From contig CP075492.1 of NCBI GenBank assembly GCA_021613535.1, positions 2,666,001-2,730,000 of the forward strand: 64,000 nt of DNA, in the 5' to 3' direction. Under the pieces are notes generated by a model. The model worked only from the letters and a program-made list of their open reading frames with translations. It was not told the origin of the DNA and made no database searches. The position numbers and the translations under genes are program-made. Shown piece by piece: positions 1 through 13,400 of this stretch. Source of the stretch: Adineta vaga (taxonomy: Eukaryota; Animalia; Rotifera). Position 1 is the stretch's first letter. The number at the start of each line of letters is the position of its first letter.

Positions 1-173
1 AAGAATAAAATCTTACTTAAGTTTCTAGTTCCTAATACAGACCCAAGACTAATTGCCGTAATGCATAGAAGAGTTATGAAGCCTATTGGAATAATAAATC
101 TTTTCTTTCGATACCAAGAACGTCTTATAAATCGAATAACAAACTTACAGTATTTAAAAATGTAATGTAAAAC

Positions 174-1091
174 TTACTCATTTTTCGGATAAAGACATGC
201 GCCTGGAAATGGAAGTTCTAAGAGTACTTCGTCAGGTATAATTTGTTTCAAATGAATAATATGAAGATCAGGTGCTGGACTAAATTGTGATTGAACAATC
301 ATTTGAGTGCCAGGTAAAAGAAGAACTTCATTTTCATTAACAAAATGTGAATGAGCACGTATATCTCGACCATTTAATGCTTCAACAGAGAATAATGTTC
401 GTTTACCATCATCACCCAAGTACATATTATTTTGTAAGACGGGTAATGATGTTGTACATGATGTGAAACTCCACCAGATAACTGATGTACCAGGTGGAAA
501 TAGAGCACTTAAATCTTTGGTTACACCACGCCAAATAACAAGTGGAGGAACGCATGGTAATTTTGTGAGTGCAGTTAGAAATAGTTTTAAATATTTCAAA
601 TAAGGTCGTAGTTTGACACGTGCTTCCGTTTTTAATGTTTGATTGAGCATTGAATAGAGACTGTATTGGTTATTTTCCCATTCAAGTGTATATAAATGAA
701 TAGCAGCACTCTCATCAATTGTCAATCCATTAGGTGGAGATTTTGATGTTGCATTTAATGCTTGTTGAACATAAATTGATAAATTATCAATAAGAGTGAT
801 CAATGGAGCACATGCTTCTGTTAAAGTTACTAAAGGTTCTTCGGCATAACCAACAATAGGTCCAAGATTTGCTACTGTATCATTGATAGCATTCATTTGT
901 TTAAGAATTACATCATTTGGAATCACTTGCACTCCTCGATTAGTTGTTGGTTTTAATTGATTCGGTTTCATATTTGATCTGTAGTGTAAATTGATATTGC
1001 CTTTGTCTACTATCGGTTGTTTATCATGGGAAAATTCATCGCCAAGTGTAGTATCTTGTAATTCAAACTGATTTTCATGAGATGTAATCAT
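174..1091 (-). CDS. Mono-ADP-ribosyltransferase (R-S-E class ART domain) protein
   Basis: Single-exon ORF; first ATG at 1091 (MITSHEN). ART motifs: AIHLYT, VIWRG (catalytic R), WWSFTSCT (S-T-S-like), NENEVLLLPG (E-x-E). Confidence 0.85.
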   Translation of the reverse strand: MITSHENQFELQDTTLGDEFSHDKQPIVDKGNINLHYRSNMKPNQLKPTTNRGVQVIPNDVILKQMNAINDTVANLGPIVGYAEEPLVTLTEACAPLITLIDNLSIYVQQALNATSKSPPNGLTIDESAAIHLYTLEWENNQYSLYSMLNQTLKTEARVKLRPYLKYLKLFLTALTKLPCVPPLVIWRGVTKDLSALFPPGTSVIWWSFTSCTTSLPVLQNNMYLGDDGKRTLFSVEALNGRDIRAHSHFVNENEVLLLPGTQMIVQSQFSPAPDLHIIHLKQIIPDEVLLELPFPGACLYPKNE

Positions 1092-1502
1092 TATTATTGT
1101 CGATTGTGATACAATAAAAAAACAACTAAATATATCTACTTTGAATCGTATTATCAACATAAAAGGAATATTTTTTTGTTCTTACAATGATTATTGGTTC
1201 GCTACTAATTACCTTTATTCAAAAGATATGATGATAGAAAAGAATAGAAAATGCACTGCAAGTATTTTATCACATGAGTAATATCGATTATTGAGTATAT
1301 ATTCACAGAGGACATAAATTATATGTATAAGATAAATTATTTGAATAAACAGAATCAAAAACAATTTCATAATGTAAATTTTACTTTGAATATGAGATCA
1401 AAGATATGAGCTCGATCATTCCTTCTTCAAAGTTTAAACTGAAGCATACATGTTTTAAATGGTTTATTTCAAATTTAGTGTTTTACTTAATTTATTTCAT
1501 AT

Positions 1503-2465
1503 TTATATTTTTCGACAACACAGTCGTTGATATATAATGAATAGTTTTTGTTTGATTATTTTGCGCAAATCTGGATATTGACATAGAGATGCAAATGGAA
1601 AAAGAAATACAACGAAATAACCAAAGTAAAAGAAATAAAGTTCAGGTTGAATACCAAAATCAGGTGGTAAACCAAATTGACGAAGAAGTGGAATAAAAAA
1701 TATTGGTGTATTTAAAATAATATTCAAACCTGAAACTAAAGTTAACTGAATAATCATTCGTCGTTGTTTCGACCATCGATTCGACTGACGAAGACGTCGT
1801 TTTTGTCGATATACACGTATTACAAGACCTATACTAAAAATAGCTTCTAAAAAAATTGGTAAACAACTATTTCCAATAAATTCCCACATGCCATAAATAC
1901 CATAAGATTGATAACAAGGTGAAGCACCACATACGGGTACAGTGTAAATATAAATACTTTCACATGGTAAAAAGAAATTTACAATGGTATAAAATATGCA
2001 AATATATCCAACAAGAATTGATAACGGAAGATAATGAGATAAAAATCTTCCTCGTCGATTTGAAATCCATTTATCATGAAATATTAATATATGTCGTTCG
2101 ATAGCTAACCAAGACATAAGAATCATTTGTCCACAATAAAAACCATAATCCGTTAGCCACCAAACACGACATAGAGCAGGTGTTGAAGGTAAAGCACGAT
2201 CGAATTGAAAAAACATGAGATATAAATTAATATCTATAAGTTAAATAGGTAAACCAAATAATAATATTAAAAGAATTGTATGATTATGTAATGCATACCG
2301 TTGAGTTCGATTAATAATTATATAAGAAATCAAACAAAAAGTACAGATTAATGATGGAATATTAGCGAGAAGCATTAACCAAAATCGTACTACACGAGGT
2401 ATTGAAATGTCTGCATTGACAAATGTATTGTCAGCACCAATATTTGAATTATTCTCAATAGACAT
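1503..2465 (-). pseudogene. Rhodopsin-like orphan GPCR interrupted by one in-frame TAA
   Basis: ORFs 2241..2465 and 1503..2216 are in the same frame: LFGLPI*LIDINLYLMFFQF, with TAA at 2243-2241. Seven hydrophobic segments, Cys before TM3, WLAIERH (DRY-like). Confidence 0.75.
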
Positions 2466-2833
2466 ATTTGAATGAAAATAACTTTAAAAAAAATGATTAT
2501 TTTTCTTAATAATTAATTAAAAGTATTCAACGTTTTAGCATTGACAACTAATCATCATCTTTTCTTTCATAGTTGTCAACATGTCTCTTTTTCTACAATA
2601 TAGATTTTTTAACCATTAACATAATTAACTAAAAGAATATTTCAATCCGACTGAAATTTGAACAAGTTTTGTAAAACACGATCTGAAAGAAAGTATTGAA
2701 GTGTATAAGAAGAAAAATTTGGACGTCCACCCTACGCAGACGTGACCGACATACCCATCCTCAAGATAAGATACTACATGATTAAAATACAAAAAAATCC
2801 TTTAACGTAAATACATTTAATTTAGTTTAAATA

Positions 2834-4185
2834 TTATATTCGACAATAACGTTGAAATTTTTGTATACGATTATTGTTGGTATCGGCAACAAATACTGAA
2901 GCATCATGTCCAAGAGCTATTCCATGTGGAGATTAAGGTGATCCGAACGTGCACCTGGTCGTGCAGTAATACCTGCAATCGTTATACCTTCTGTTGAGTT
3001 GACCATCCCTATCATATAAATCATAGATAAGAAAAAAAAAGAATGACACTTATTAACTTACATAATTGAATACGATGATTACCCGTATCACTAACAAAAA
3101 TATGGCCTTCTCTATCATCTACAGCAACACCCCAAGGAAAACGGAGGCGAGATGTGTTGATCCAAGACGACCATTTCCTGCTACGACAATCTTTGTTTTG
3201 TTGTTGTCTGATAATGACACTTTGATAACCTGACATCTTAGACTTAATACCATATAGAGTGAATCATTTACAACTGTCATATGTTTTACGTTTGGAACAT
3301 TCGAAAGTATCCATGAACCATTCCATCGAGAAGGATTAGTGTTCTGTTCATAACGACGAATTTGTGTCGAGGAAGTGAAACCGATATAAACATTATTTCT
3401 TTGATCCACAGCCACACCTGTTGTTCCACCGGTAACGTGTTGCGCTGCAAGTGACGTCTTATTTGTTAACAAAGAATGACGAAAACCGTAGAATTCTTTG
3501 AAACTAGTAACCAGCAGATTATTCTCATTCTCAGTTAAGGCTATACTCGCGGGAGCAACAAGTGATATGTCTATATTTGTACCAATAGAGATCATCGAAA
3601 ATCTACTAAAATCAGGTGTATATCGTAAAACTTGATCGTGATGTGTATCAGCAACAAACATTGATGAAGAATTCTTTGATATAATTACTGCAAATGGTGA
3701 ATCCAATTCGTTATTCAATCCAGCGACAGTTTTTCCTCGAGGATTCCAAATTGAATTTTCCATTGAACAAGACATCATTTCTAGAAAAAACAGTTTTTGT
3801 ATATATTACATTCAAATGAAAATCTCAGCGTTCAATAATTAGAACTGAATATTATAAACTAAACTAACCTAGTTTTTGAGAGTCAGGTAATTGTAAAATG
3901 CACATTTGAGCGGACGTCACATTTTCGATCACTCGGTAAATAAATGAAAAATTGTAGAAAATTTGACATGTTGTATTTTCGAGATAGTAGTTAAAAGCAA
4001 CGATTTCATCGACAAAATGTCTGATTATAACAAAATGCTCGATTCGATATGTTCAACAGATTTACGGTAAAATTATTCGGAAGAGTCATTTCAATTTTTG
4101 AATTATTAAAACAACCAAAGTTGAGTGCCATTATTTTTGACAAAATCAGCAGGAGTATAGAAATAATTGTAATACAGCGATTCAT
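2834..4185 (-). pseudogene. Secreted NHL-repeat (beta-propeller) protein with three 1-bp frameshifts
   Basis: ATG at 4185 with signal peptide (MNRCITIISILLLILS). Introns at about 3868-3781 and 3063-3009. NHL motifs SPFAVII, FPWGVAVD..IFVSDTGNHRIQ, PHGIALG..VFVADTNNNRIQKF. Frameshifts near 4015, 3155 and 2932. Confidence 0.7.
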
Positions 4186-4578
4186 TTCAAAATAACAAGA
4201 ATGTGAATACCTTCAGAAAATAGTCAAATTTTTGAGAAACTATTTTTTTCAAAATGCCATTATTTTATGGTTTGAAGGAGAAATACATTCTGTGCGCTTG
4301 ACAACTAACAGTAACGATTGTATTTGCATTCATCATAGGCCAAGCATGAAAACAAAAACTTTTTTTTTTTTGTTAAAGATGAAAAAGAACGACGTTGGAT
4401 ATGGAAATTTTTGAAGAAAGTAAATAGAACTATTATTTTTACTAAAATATTATTGGACGTTAATGTCGATGTTTAACGTAACAACAATATTATAGCTACA
4501 TTTCCAACTTCATGTTTGTTTCACTTCATATAATTTGTTTCACTTTTTTTTCTCATTTAAAAAGAAATACAATTGAAC

Positions 4579-7500
4579 ATGAAGTATCTGTCTCGATTAC
4601 AAGAATATATACAATTATGGGATATATTCTCAAGCGATATAGAATATGATCCATTAGAGCGACTTATAGGGCGTTTAGCAACACGTGTCTATTTTATTAT
4701 TTTTTCTATTTGTCTCATCTTATTCATTATTTTTAATATTATCATTCATAAATCTGTGTCTGAAATTGTTAATAATCCTTCTCAAAGTGAATTTGAATAT
4801 TTACAATTAAAATATTCACAGACTTTAACATGTCCTTGTCGAACGATTACTGTTCCTTATCAAACATTTATTAACATTACACCAGTAATTCATTCAGTAT
4901 GTTCCAGTGGATTTATTTCAAATGAATGGTTTTCTTATATGATGAATAGTGTAGATCGTCCATCCTATATACCGGTAAGAACTACTTGAATTCTTCTGTT
5001 CGTTCAAAATTATGTTGAGATAGAATTTGTAAAGGTCTACTATTCATTTATATCTGCATCTATACTTATAGACTTTGCATTAAAAACTGATAGCAATATT
5101 TCTTCTGTTTCAATTTAGAATATCAATCCATCAGCTTACAGTTCAACTGGAAAAGGAGTAAACAAACGGATGGATATTTTCACTGTCTTACCAAGTCAGT
5201 TTCGTGCATTACAAAATCTTTGCATCCGTGCTGTACAGACTATTGAAAGTACTCTCAACATCTTTGGAAGACAATCACTTATTTCAAACACGACTTTAAC
5301 AAATGAGGTAAGATTTTCATAAATTCTTTGAAGTTATTTGGCACATTTTTAGTTGATCAATATGTATACAAATGATGCTGTAATTCGTATGAAAACTAAA
5401 GCAATCGGCGATTTCATAAGTATTTTCGATATGATTAATGGAATGACCCACGGTGACCATATAATCTCGGCACTTCAAACGAATTTTCAGATTATATCAC
5501 CATCTATAGTTCCAGATGAAACAAATCTTCTGCAGACGCTCTCTAGCCGAGCAGTACTTAGTACAAATATAAAACTTCCCGGAATAGAGTCAATTGGTCC
5601 TACCTGTAGTTGTGAAATAACAATGGATTGTCTATCATATATGGTCATTGCTGATCAAGATATCTACTATTCATTTACAGAAGAATACTTCATAATCCCA
5701 GGTTTCTATACTGGTTGTTATCCAGTTCGGGCTCTTCTTTATTCATCGTTAACTTGTTTTTTTGATATCAATTGTTTGGATATAATTACATCAATTTTCA
5801 ATTCTTATGAATCATTACCGTCGAGCATTAAAATTCTTAATACGTCAGATTTAATAATATCAACAGAAAATACATCGATTAATACACTAGTTAATCGTAT
5901 ATTCGTTGAAAATTGGATAACAATTTTAAACTATAGTAATTACTATAAAATATGTTCACCAATATATTGCACATACAGTTACATTGGTCATCGTTCTTTT
6001 TTGGATATTGTTTCCATTATATTAAGTTCAATTAGTAGTTTAACGATAATTTTAAAATTCATTATTTTTCAAATTGTTAAATATTTTGTTAAACGACGTC
6101 TTCTAAAAAATTCGATGATTTATTCAACTCCTATCAATCAAACACTGATGAGAAAGGGTATGTTTTCTTAAATATCTCGAAATTGTTATTAGGAATAGGG
6201 AAAATAATAGTCATTCGCTTGCTTACTGTAATATACTAATTACTTTTTTTGACATCGGCTAGAAAAAAACTTTCGAAAACATTTTACATTATAAGAAACG
6301 AACTGTGAGAGAACACTCTGAAACAATCCGAAAAATCCTCTCTCTCGTATCTCTATACTAAAGTAAATGTTGTATAAGAAAATCTAATTTTAAGTTACAT
6401 CAAAAGGATTTATTTCATTAAATTGTATTTAAGTCATACATTTTATTCAAAAACCATGGAAATCAATATTAATGAAAATTCGCACGGTCAATATTTTACC
6501 ACCTTCATATGACATAAGTGATCAAAAAGAAATCGAACATGCATTAAAAAATGGTTTCATAGCTACAAAACTCTATTTTATTTTTTTTATTCTTACGATT
6601 ATAATTCTTGCATTTATTCTTCGATTAATGACAAATATTAATGTTATTACTATAAATAATCCAAACCGAACAGTTTATGAAAATCTATTAATAGAACAAG
6701 GATCAACAAATCTACAATGTCCATGTAGTAATATTGCTATTTCATACAATCGTTTTATTGAATTAGAACCGTCTTTTCATTCGATTTGTACGAGTAATTT
6801 TACCGACCAAGTTCAACTGGCTTTCTTATCGTTATACATGCCCTCAAAATTATTTAATAATTCAAATTTTTTAATGATATTCTCTCGACAAATGATTATA
6901 ATTGAACAATTATGTACATTAGCTAATAAAACTATTACAAATGGTATCATAAATTTCTATATAAATTCATTTGTTTCTACAGAATTATTACCACATTATT
7001 TATTAGAATTTCAAATAAAATCATTAAAAGAAACTTTTATCAATAATTTAATAGCTGATTTTATTTTAACCATAGATATGATAAATATTATTTTTCAAAA
7101 CAATCAATTAATTTCGGCAGATTTTACTAATTGGCAATTGTTTATGAATCCATCTTTAAACAATATAATTACAAGTGAACCAATTATCTATGCAAATTGT
7201 AGTTGTGCTCATCAATATGATTCATTATGTCAAAGTGTAGCAACTTTTAATCCGGAGAATTATTTTAATGAAACAGCAAATTTTGTTTCTGATGTTATTG
7301 TTGGTTGTTATGTTTCAAGTTCTTTTAAACAAACAAATACAATATTTTTTTATAATCAAACAGCTTTAGATATACCTTTAATAGACGTTTATTATGATGA
7401 TATTACTTGGGGTTTTGAAATTCCTATTATCAATTCATTAGAAACTTCTGAACTTGATTCAATAAATCAAACAAATGTTAAACTTGATGATTTATTAAAT

Positions 7501-8964
7501 AAATTATTTATTAAGAAATGGTATTTACAAATAAATTATGATAATTATTTCATTCATTGTGCGCCTATATCATGTTCTTATCAATTGATTGAACGTCAAA
7601 ATTATCTCTATATTACTATTTTTCTTTTTGGTATAGTATTTAGTTTATCCACGATTCTTCGACTTATTTCATTAGCAATCGTAGCATTTCTACGACGAAA
7701 ATCAAACCTCCAATCGCAATCATAGGTAATACATGATTGGATCTTTAATAAGAACTCTTTTTCTTTTATGAAAATTTCAATTTTATTATTTTTAGAATCA
7801 AAATTAACATTATGGATGAAATTAAAAATGTTTATCATCAATTTCAATATGTTCTCAAAAGAAAATGAACAAAATTCATTTAGAAAACGAAGTGGAATTT
7901 TAGCAACACGATTTTATTTACTATTACTATGTATATCACTAATAATATTGAGTCTATTCAATACATTTACTGCTCAAGCTGAATTAATTCAAATATCTTA
8001 TCCATCATTTGATCAATTTACTTATTTAAATGATCGATATTCTTCTAACATTCGTTGTTCATGTAAAAATATTTCAGTTCCATATATTTCATTTATGTCC
8101 CTTGAACCTCAATTACATTATATATGTACGAATCAATTATTAAATAACGCAGCTCAACAACTTAATGATAGATTATCTTTCGCTTTACTATCTTCATTAA
8201 ATAATCTATGTCAATTAGCGAATAGAACTTTAAATAATTCATTAATTGATTTTCTTTCAACTCAATATGTATCAAGTCAATTAACACAACCAATTCTATT
8301 TCAATCACAAGTTAAAGTCTTTATTCATGAAATGTTAACATTAACAACAAATACATTTATTCGAAAGATCAAAGAAACGAATACTTACATTCATTCAAAC
8401 CAATTGTTATCAGCACTTATGACGAATTATGATCTTCAAGTAAAAGATGAATTTAATGGACAACGTATATCAACTGTAAGGCGAACTTATCAAAATGGTT
8501 TATGTGATTGTCAATTGAATGATACATGTAGTGAAGAGAGTTCTATTATATCTGGTTTTCGTATAGGTTGTTATATAACCGATGCTGTTCTACAATCAAA
8601 TCTTCAATGTTTTTACAATCAAACATGTATGATGACAACTTTTAATTTAACGGAAATACTTTCGATAGAAGATATGAATTATTCGACTTCAATGACTATT
8701 GATCAATTAATGAATGATATCTTTATTACTAAATGGATAAAACAAGAAGCAAATTATGAGAAATATTTTATAGCATGTCGACCTATGTTATGTATTTATT
8801 CACCTGCTGAAAAACGAAATTATTGGCTTGTGGTGACTGTTACTATTGCTATTATGGGTGGTCTATCTAAAATATTAAAGATAGTAGTACCTTTTGTTGT
8901 GAAAATAGTACGTAAGATAATTTTATATCGAAAAAATTATACTGTTCAACCAAATAATTCATAA
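4579..8964 (+). CDS. Multi-exon uncharacterised membrane protein with three tandem TM-(Cys-rich ectodomain)-TM modules
   Basis: ORFs 4573, 5353, 6472 and 7768 plus a small exon at about 5119-5308, with GT-AG borders. Each module repeats ATR/KxY-TM, CPC/CSC, CxC, GCY, YxxxCxPxxCxY-TM. Confidence 0.8.
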
Positions 8965-9363
8965 ATATGTTAACATGAAAATTTAGTCATCTAAACAAAA
9001 CTTATCAACAATAATCATCGTATAGATATGAAATGTTTCTTGAAACTTTTATTTATCGCTCATATAACTTTTCATTTGCACCATTATTATATTTTATTGC
9101 TTGACTATACATCGTTTTATCAATCTCAATAAAGAAATTTTTTAGTTTAGAATATTGTTACTAAGCTAAAGATGTAGATAAGAAGAGTGAGCAGATAGAG
9201 ACACTGACTTCCACGAATCCTCACCCACCCTATATCTGAAGTGCAAACAAATCCCAGGAGGTGAGATGATAATTAATGACATTATACATTTATTTATTAC
9301 AAAGAATAGAGTTTATATAGTTGATGCTTATGCTTGTTTATTTTTACTAATATTACTTTATCA

Positions 9364-9696
9364 TTAATGACCATGATGACCACCACGACGACGATGTTCC
9401 TCATCTGAAGAAGAAGAAGACGAAGAACGACGACGTTCCATATGACCACCTTGATTTCCAAAACCCGGAGCACCTCCATGCATTTGATTAGGTGCTGGAT
9501 TAGGATTACCACCCATCATATTATCTAGTTTTTGTCCTATTTGACCTAAAAATATAAATCATACCAACTAGTAACAAAAGCACATTATTTTATTATTTAG
9601 CGAAGAAAATATTTCCTATAATAATAATAATAACTTACCATTTAATCCACCAGGAACATTTTGTTGAATCCAATTATCAGTTTGACGTTCACTCAT
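9364..9696 (-). CDS. 79-aa Gly/His/Ser-rich hydrophilic peptide (hydrophilin/dehydrin-like), 2 exons
   Basis: Exons 9696-9639 and 9545-9364 with GTAAG/TTTAG intron. Product MSERQTDNWIQQNVPGGLNGQIGQKLDNMMGGNPNPAPNQMHGGAPGFGNQGGHMERRRSSSSSSDEEHRRRGGHHGH. Not in the ORF track. Confidence 0.75.
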
Positions 9697-10292
9697 ATTA
9701 ATTCTTAATAATTTTAATATCTAATATTGTTAAATCAATAAATGAATGAAAACAGTTTCAATCAAACCATATTTATAGAAGATTTTTTATTTGTTTTTTT
9801 ATACGCATTCGTTAAAGAAAAAAACTAAAAGATTAATCAAGCATGACTTTCATTGGTATATTGATCATGCCCATTAATATTTCGTCTCTTAAATTACCTT
9901 TTTTCAACATGAGAAAAATGCATTAAATTCGAACTTCAAGTGTATTATTATTACAATTAGACACATGCATAATTTCTTTTATGAATGCATCATTCGTTAT
10001 CTCTAATAGAAATCGCACTCAATCGCTTTTTTCTACTTTTTAAACTTCATCATTGAACTATTTGATAAATAGATAGAGAAAAGAACAATATTTATTAGAA
10101 TATTAATAATCAATTTCTATATTTTTAGTAAGAAAAATAATTAAAAACAAACAACAAATCTATAAATAAAAGGTTATTAAGTATATTTTTTTAATTATAC
10201 TAACGTAAATCAAATGCGCAATACTTTATTTTATGACGTCAACCGTATATACATGAGTATTGCTACTGTATTATCATTTTATTTTAATATAG

Positions 10293-10429
10293 GTAATCTT
10301 GGTGAACGGTTGGATAACTATTTAGGTGGAAATCCAAATTCAACATTCGGTCAAATATATGGTGTCGCACCAGGAGTTGGAGGTTATATGGATATGGTTA
10401 TTCATATGAGGGATGATAATCTTCAATGA
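10293..10429 (+). pseudogene. Divergently oriented degenerate paralog exon of the 9364-9696 peptide
   Basis: After acceptor TATAG it reads GNLGERLDNYLGGNPNSTFGQIYGVAPGVGG, aligning with GQIGQKLDNMMGGNPNPAPNQMHGGAPGFG. No matching exon 1 seen. Confidence 0.55.
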
Positions 10430-10460
10430 TAAAATATATTTATAAATAATTGATTTTCGT

Positions 10461-10899
10461 TATCTCAATTCTTATTTATTTATGTAGTTTCAGTTAATTA
10501 AGAATATCAAGATGAGCGAGTGCAGGAAATTTTCTTTTTTCTCAATGATCTTTCGTACGTTACTATTATCATTTATAACTCAATATACGATAAAAAAAGA
10601 TTGATTTCTAATTAAATAATTCTCATTGTTGTTCTGATTTATCGATTTAAGTTATTGATGATTTGATATGCAATTGATTTTTCTCAATTACGGAGAGAAA
10701 TTCAGACAGTTTAACAGTAGAATAGCTAAGGAGTTATGAGTAATGTAAGTTTGATTTCTATTTTGATTTGATGATCTTTCTTAACCAATTTTTCGTGTTT
10801 GTTGAGACATATTATAGTGGATACATCTACTGAATTAACTTAGATATTCTCATGGATAAATAACAGAATTGTTAATATTGAACTCTTTCAATTCTAATA
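10461..10899. repeat. ~440-bp dispersed repeat, copy 1
   Basis: Near-identical in direct orientation to 17299-17735 (tatctcaattctta...ctctttcaattctaata). Confidence 0.9.
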
Positions 10900-11143
10900 A
10901 ATCCGCACCCATACCCTAAAGAGTCTTCACTGTGAAGCATAGTTTATGCAATCTTGTATCTTAGATTTCTTAAAAACTGAACCATGTAAAATCTCTGAAC
11001 GTGAAAGTATATTGTCTCATTAGGATTCAAAATGTTAAATCAAAATAATAGATCCATTTGATATTATATTTTGTTTAGCAGTAAGATGTATGTATATTTT
11101 ATAAAAATAGAACAGTGCAGCAAAATATTCTTGAAAAATGTAC

Positions 11144-13400
11144 TTATATACATCGATGGAAAGAATTTCTTTGATCCTGTTCAATGTTAGATTGCAATGT
11201 ATCGTCATATTGTTTCAATGATTCATCAGAAAAACCTACTGGAAACTCATCTTTTGAGTAAGATTCTGTTTTTTGCACACGTCTCAATGTGGATCGTTGA
11301 TGTCGTTCATTGAGTGATTGATGTAATCGAGAATGAGTAGAAGAGAAAATATTCGACGCACTAAATGTATTGGCTCGTTGTTTACCTATATGAATGATGT
11401 CCCAACGTCGACGCCGTTCACGTTCGAACAAATCATACCATTTTGGCGGCAGAAGTTTAATGAGATGTTCATAGAAGATGAAATGTTCTTTTCGTATCGA
11501 TATTGAATTTCCATACGGTTGATAACGACAGAAATCCAACAATATAGGTGGATCTTCTTCATACATATCGAGAAGATGTTTCACTAAACAAGACACTTTT
11601 TCTTCACTTTCCATTGTTAGTAGTTCGCGGTCATTCGCATTGCAAATATCGAGATCAAAATCTTTTACATAAGTCTGCAAATCATTCATATTGATTAGTG
11701 TTGTAGTGATCGTTCCTGAACTTGTTTCTCGTGTATCTTTGGATTGCTGATTATCTTGATTGTTAGATATTGTGGATTCTATCTCAGGATTATTGTTTGA
11801 TTTCGTACAACTGGTCGTTCCTCGCTTTTGTTCTGTGAAACTAAGTTGGTTACGGTCGCGAACCACTTTAACATCATGTTGAAAGAATTCTTGAATTGCT
11901 TCATTGGTTTGGCGAAGTGGTACGACTTCTTTAATACGAAGGATAATCAGAGCCATGATTATAATACATACAATATTCACCAAAGTTAAAAGAAAACTAC
12001 AAGCACCAAGTATGGCTGCTTCATGTGTCATATCGCACGAATAATATGGTGCATAATGGTTCTGAATCGGTCTAGAACAATTGACAATGGGTGCATTTGG
12101 ACGAAGACGATTTTGGAATGAAAAATATTCCACATTGACTTGTTCACTTGATCGTTTGCTTTCATAACCCCAAATACCATCAGATATTCTCTGAGCGAAA
12201 ATTGTATAGGCAAAGAGAAGTCCACAATTGACTGCCGGGGGCAGAAGAGAAGCTAAACACGATTATTGAACAAATAGATTTGTTCAAGGAAAAAGTCACA
12301 TACCAGATATTGCAACACCCACTAATGAGCCTGTTGTCAAGAGAAAATTACTAAGTCAAAATATCTGATGTATTTACTCTTACCTGTATTGCCACCGAGT
12401 ATGGACAAAGCAACACCAGCACCGCTAGGCAAAGCAATAAGAACACCGACCCACAATCGTTTGAGATCACCACGAGACTTCATTTCCGGTGTTGGAAAAC
12501 TCGATGAACTTCCCCAATTGGTTCCGGCATAAGTTGTACACAGGCTAGATCGATTAAATCGAAAAACATCATTCTTCTAATATTTTACTTACCCGATGAC
12601 AAAACCCCACAAAATACAGAGAACTAGGCCAATCAGTTCATTTCGAACACCTTGCCGCCATAAAGACTTTTCGTGCACCGATATGCCGAATACAATACCC
12701 ATGATAGGATTCATCAATGGACTCACTAGCATACTGGCCACAAGGATTACAGAGGAATTTTCCAGAAGACCAACAGCAGCAAGCATCGAAGCCAAACTGA
12801 GTAGTAAAACAAAATCGAAGGACAATACACTGGCATCACGAATTCCAGCTATAACCTGATGAACCATTAGTCTAGCTTGAACACTTTTCTTAAAATTAGA
12901 CTCATTGATACTCTTCCAAATTCTTGTTCCTAATGTTGACTCTGGAGATGTTGTTCGTAATTGGACGAGCTGATTCCTATCATCAATTTGACTCGCTGTA
13001 TCAACAGTTAAGGGAATATTCGATATTTTATCACGAGATCCAACAAGAATCGTTGCTGGAATGACACACACTTTACTACCACTTTTGTTGCCAATATCTA
13101 GTTTATATAAATCACGCAAAATCCGATCACTTGTCACACCAAACTCAGCATGAAATGTCACCTGAACAGCTTTCTGATCAGCTGATTTTATCCACATTGG
13201 TTTATCGTTGATATTCTTAGCCAGAAAAGATTTCAATCTCGCATATAGTGATAATGGTGAACACTAATAATGAAAGAAAATTCTGACAGTTCGATATGCC
13301 AGTATAAAAAATAAACTTTTACGTGTGCTTCTCGCCGATGATTCTCTTCCTGTTGATCAATGGGAACGGTGACAATGAAGAGTACACGGTTTGTAGGCAT
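11144..13400 (-). CDS. DUF389 (TIGR00341-like) multi-pass membrane protein, multi-exon
   Basis: ATG at 13400 (MPTNRVLFIV). Motifs LAAVGLLENSSVILVASMLVSPLMNPIMG and SLVGVAISASLLPPAVNCG. Long hydrophilic C-terminus. Confidence 0.8.

Noticed and set aside
9297-9512. 71-aa hydrophobic ORF
   Set aside because: Alternative frame of the hydrophilin exon 2.
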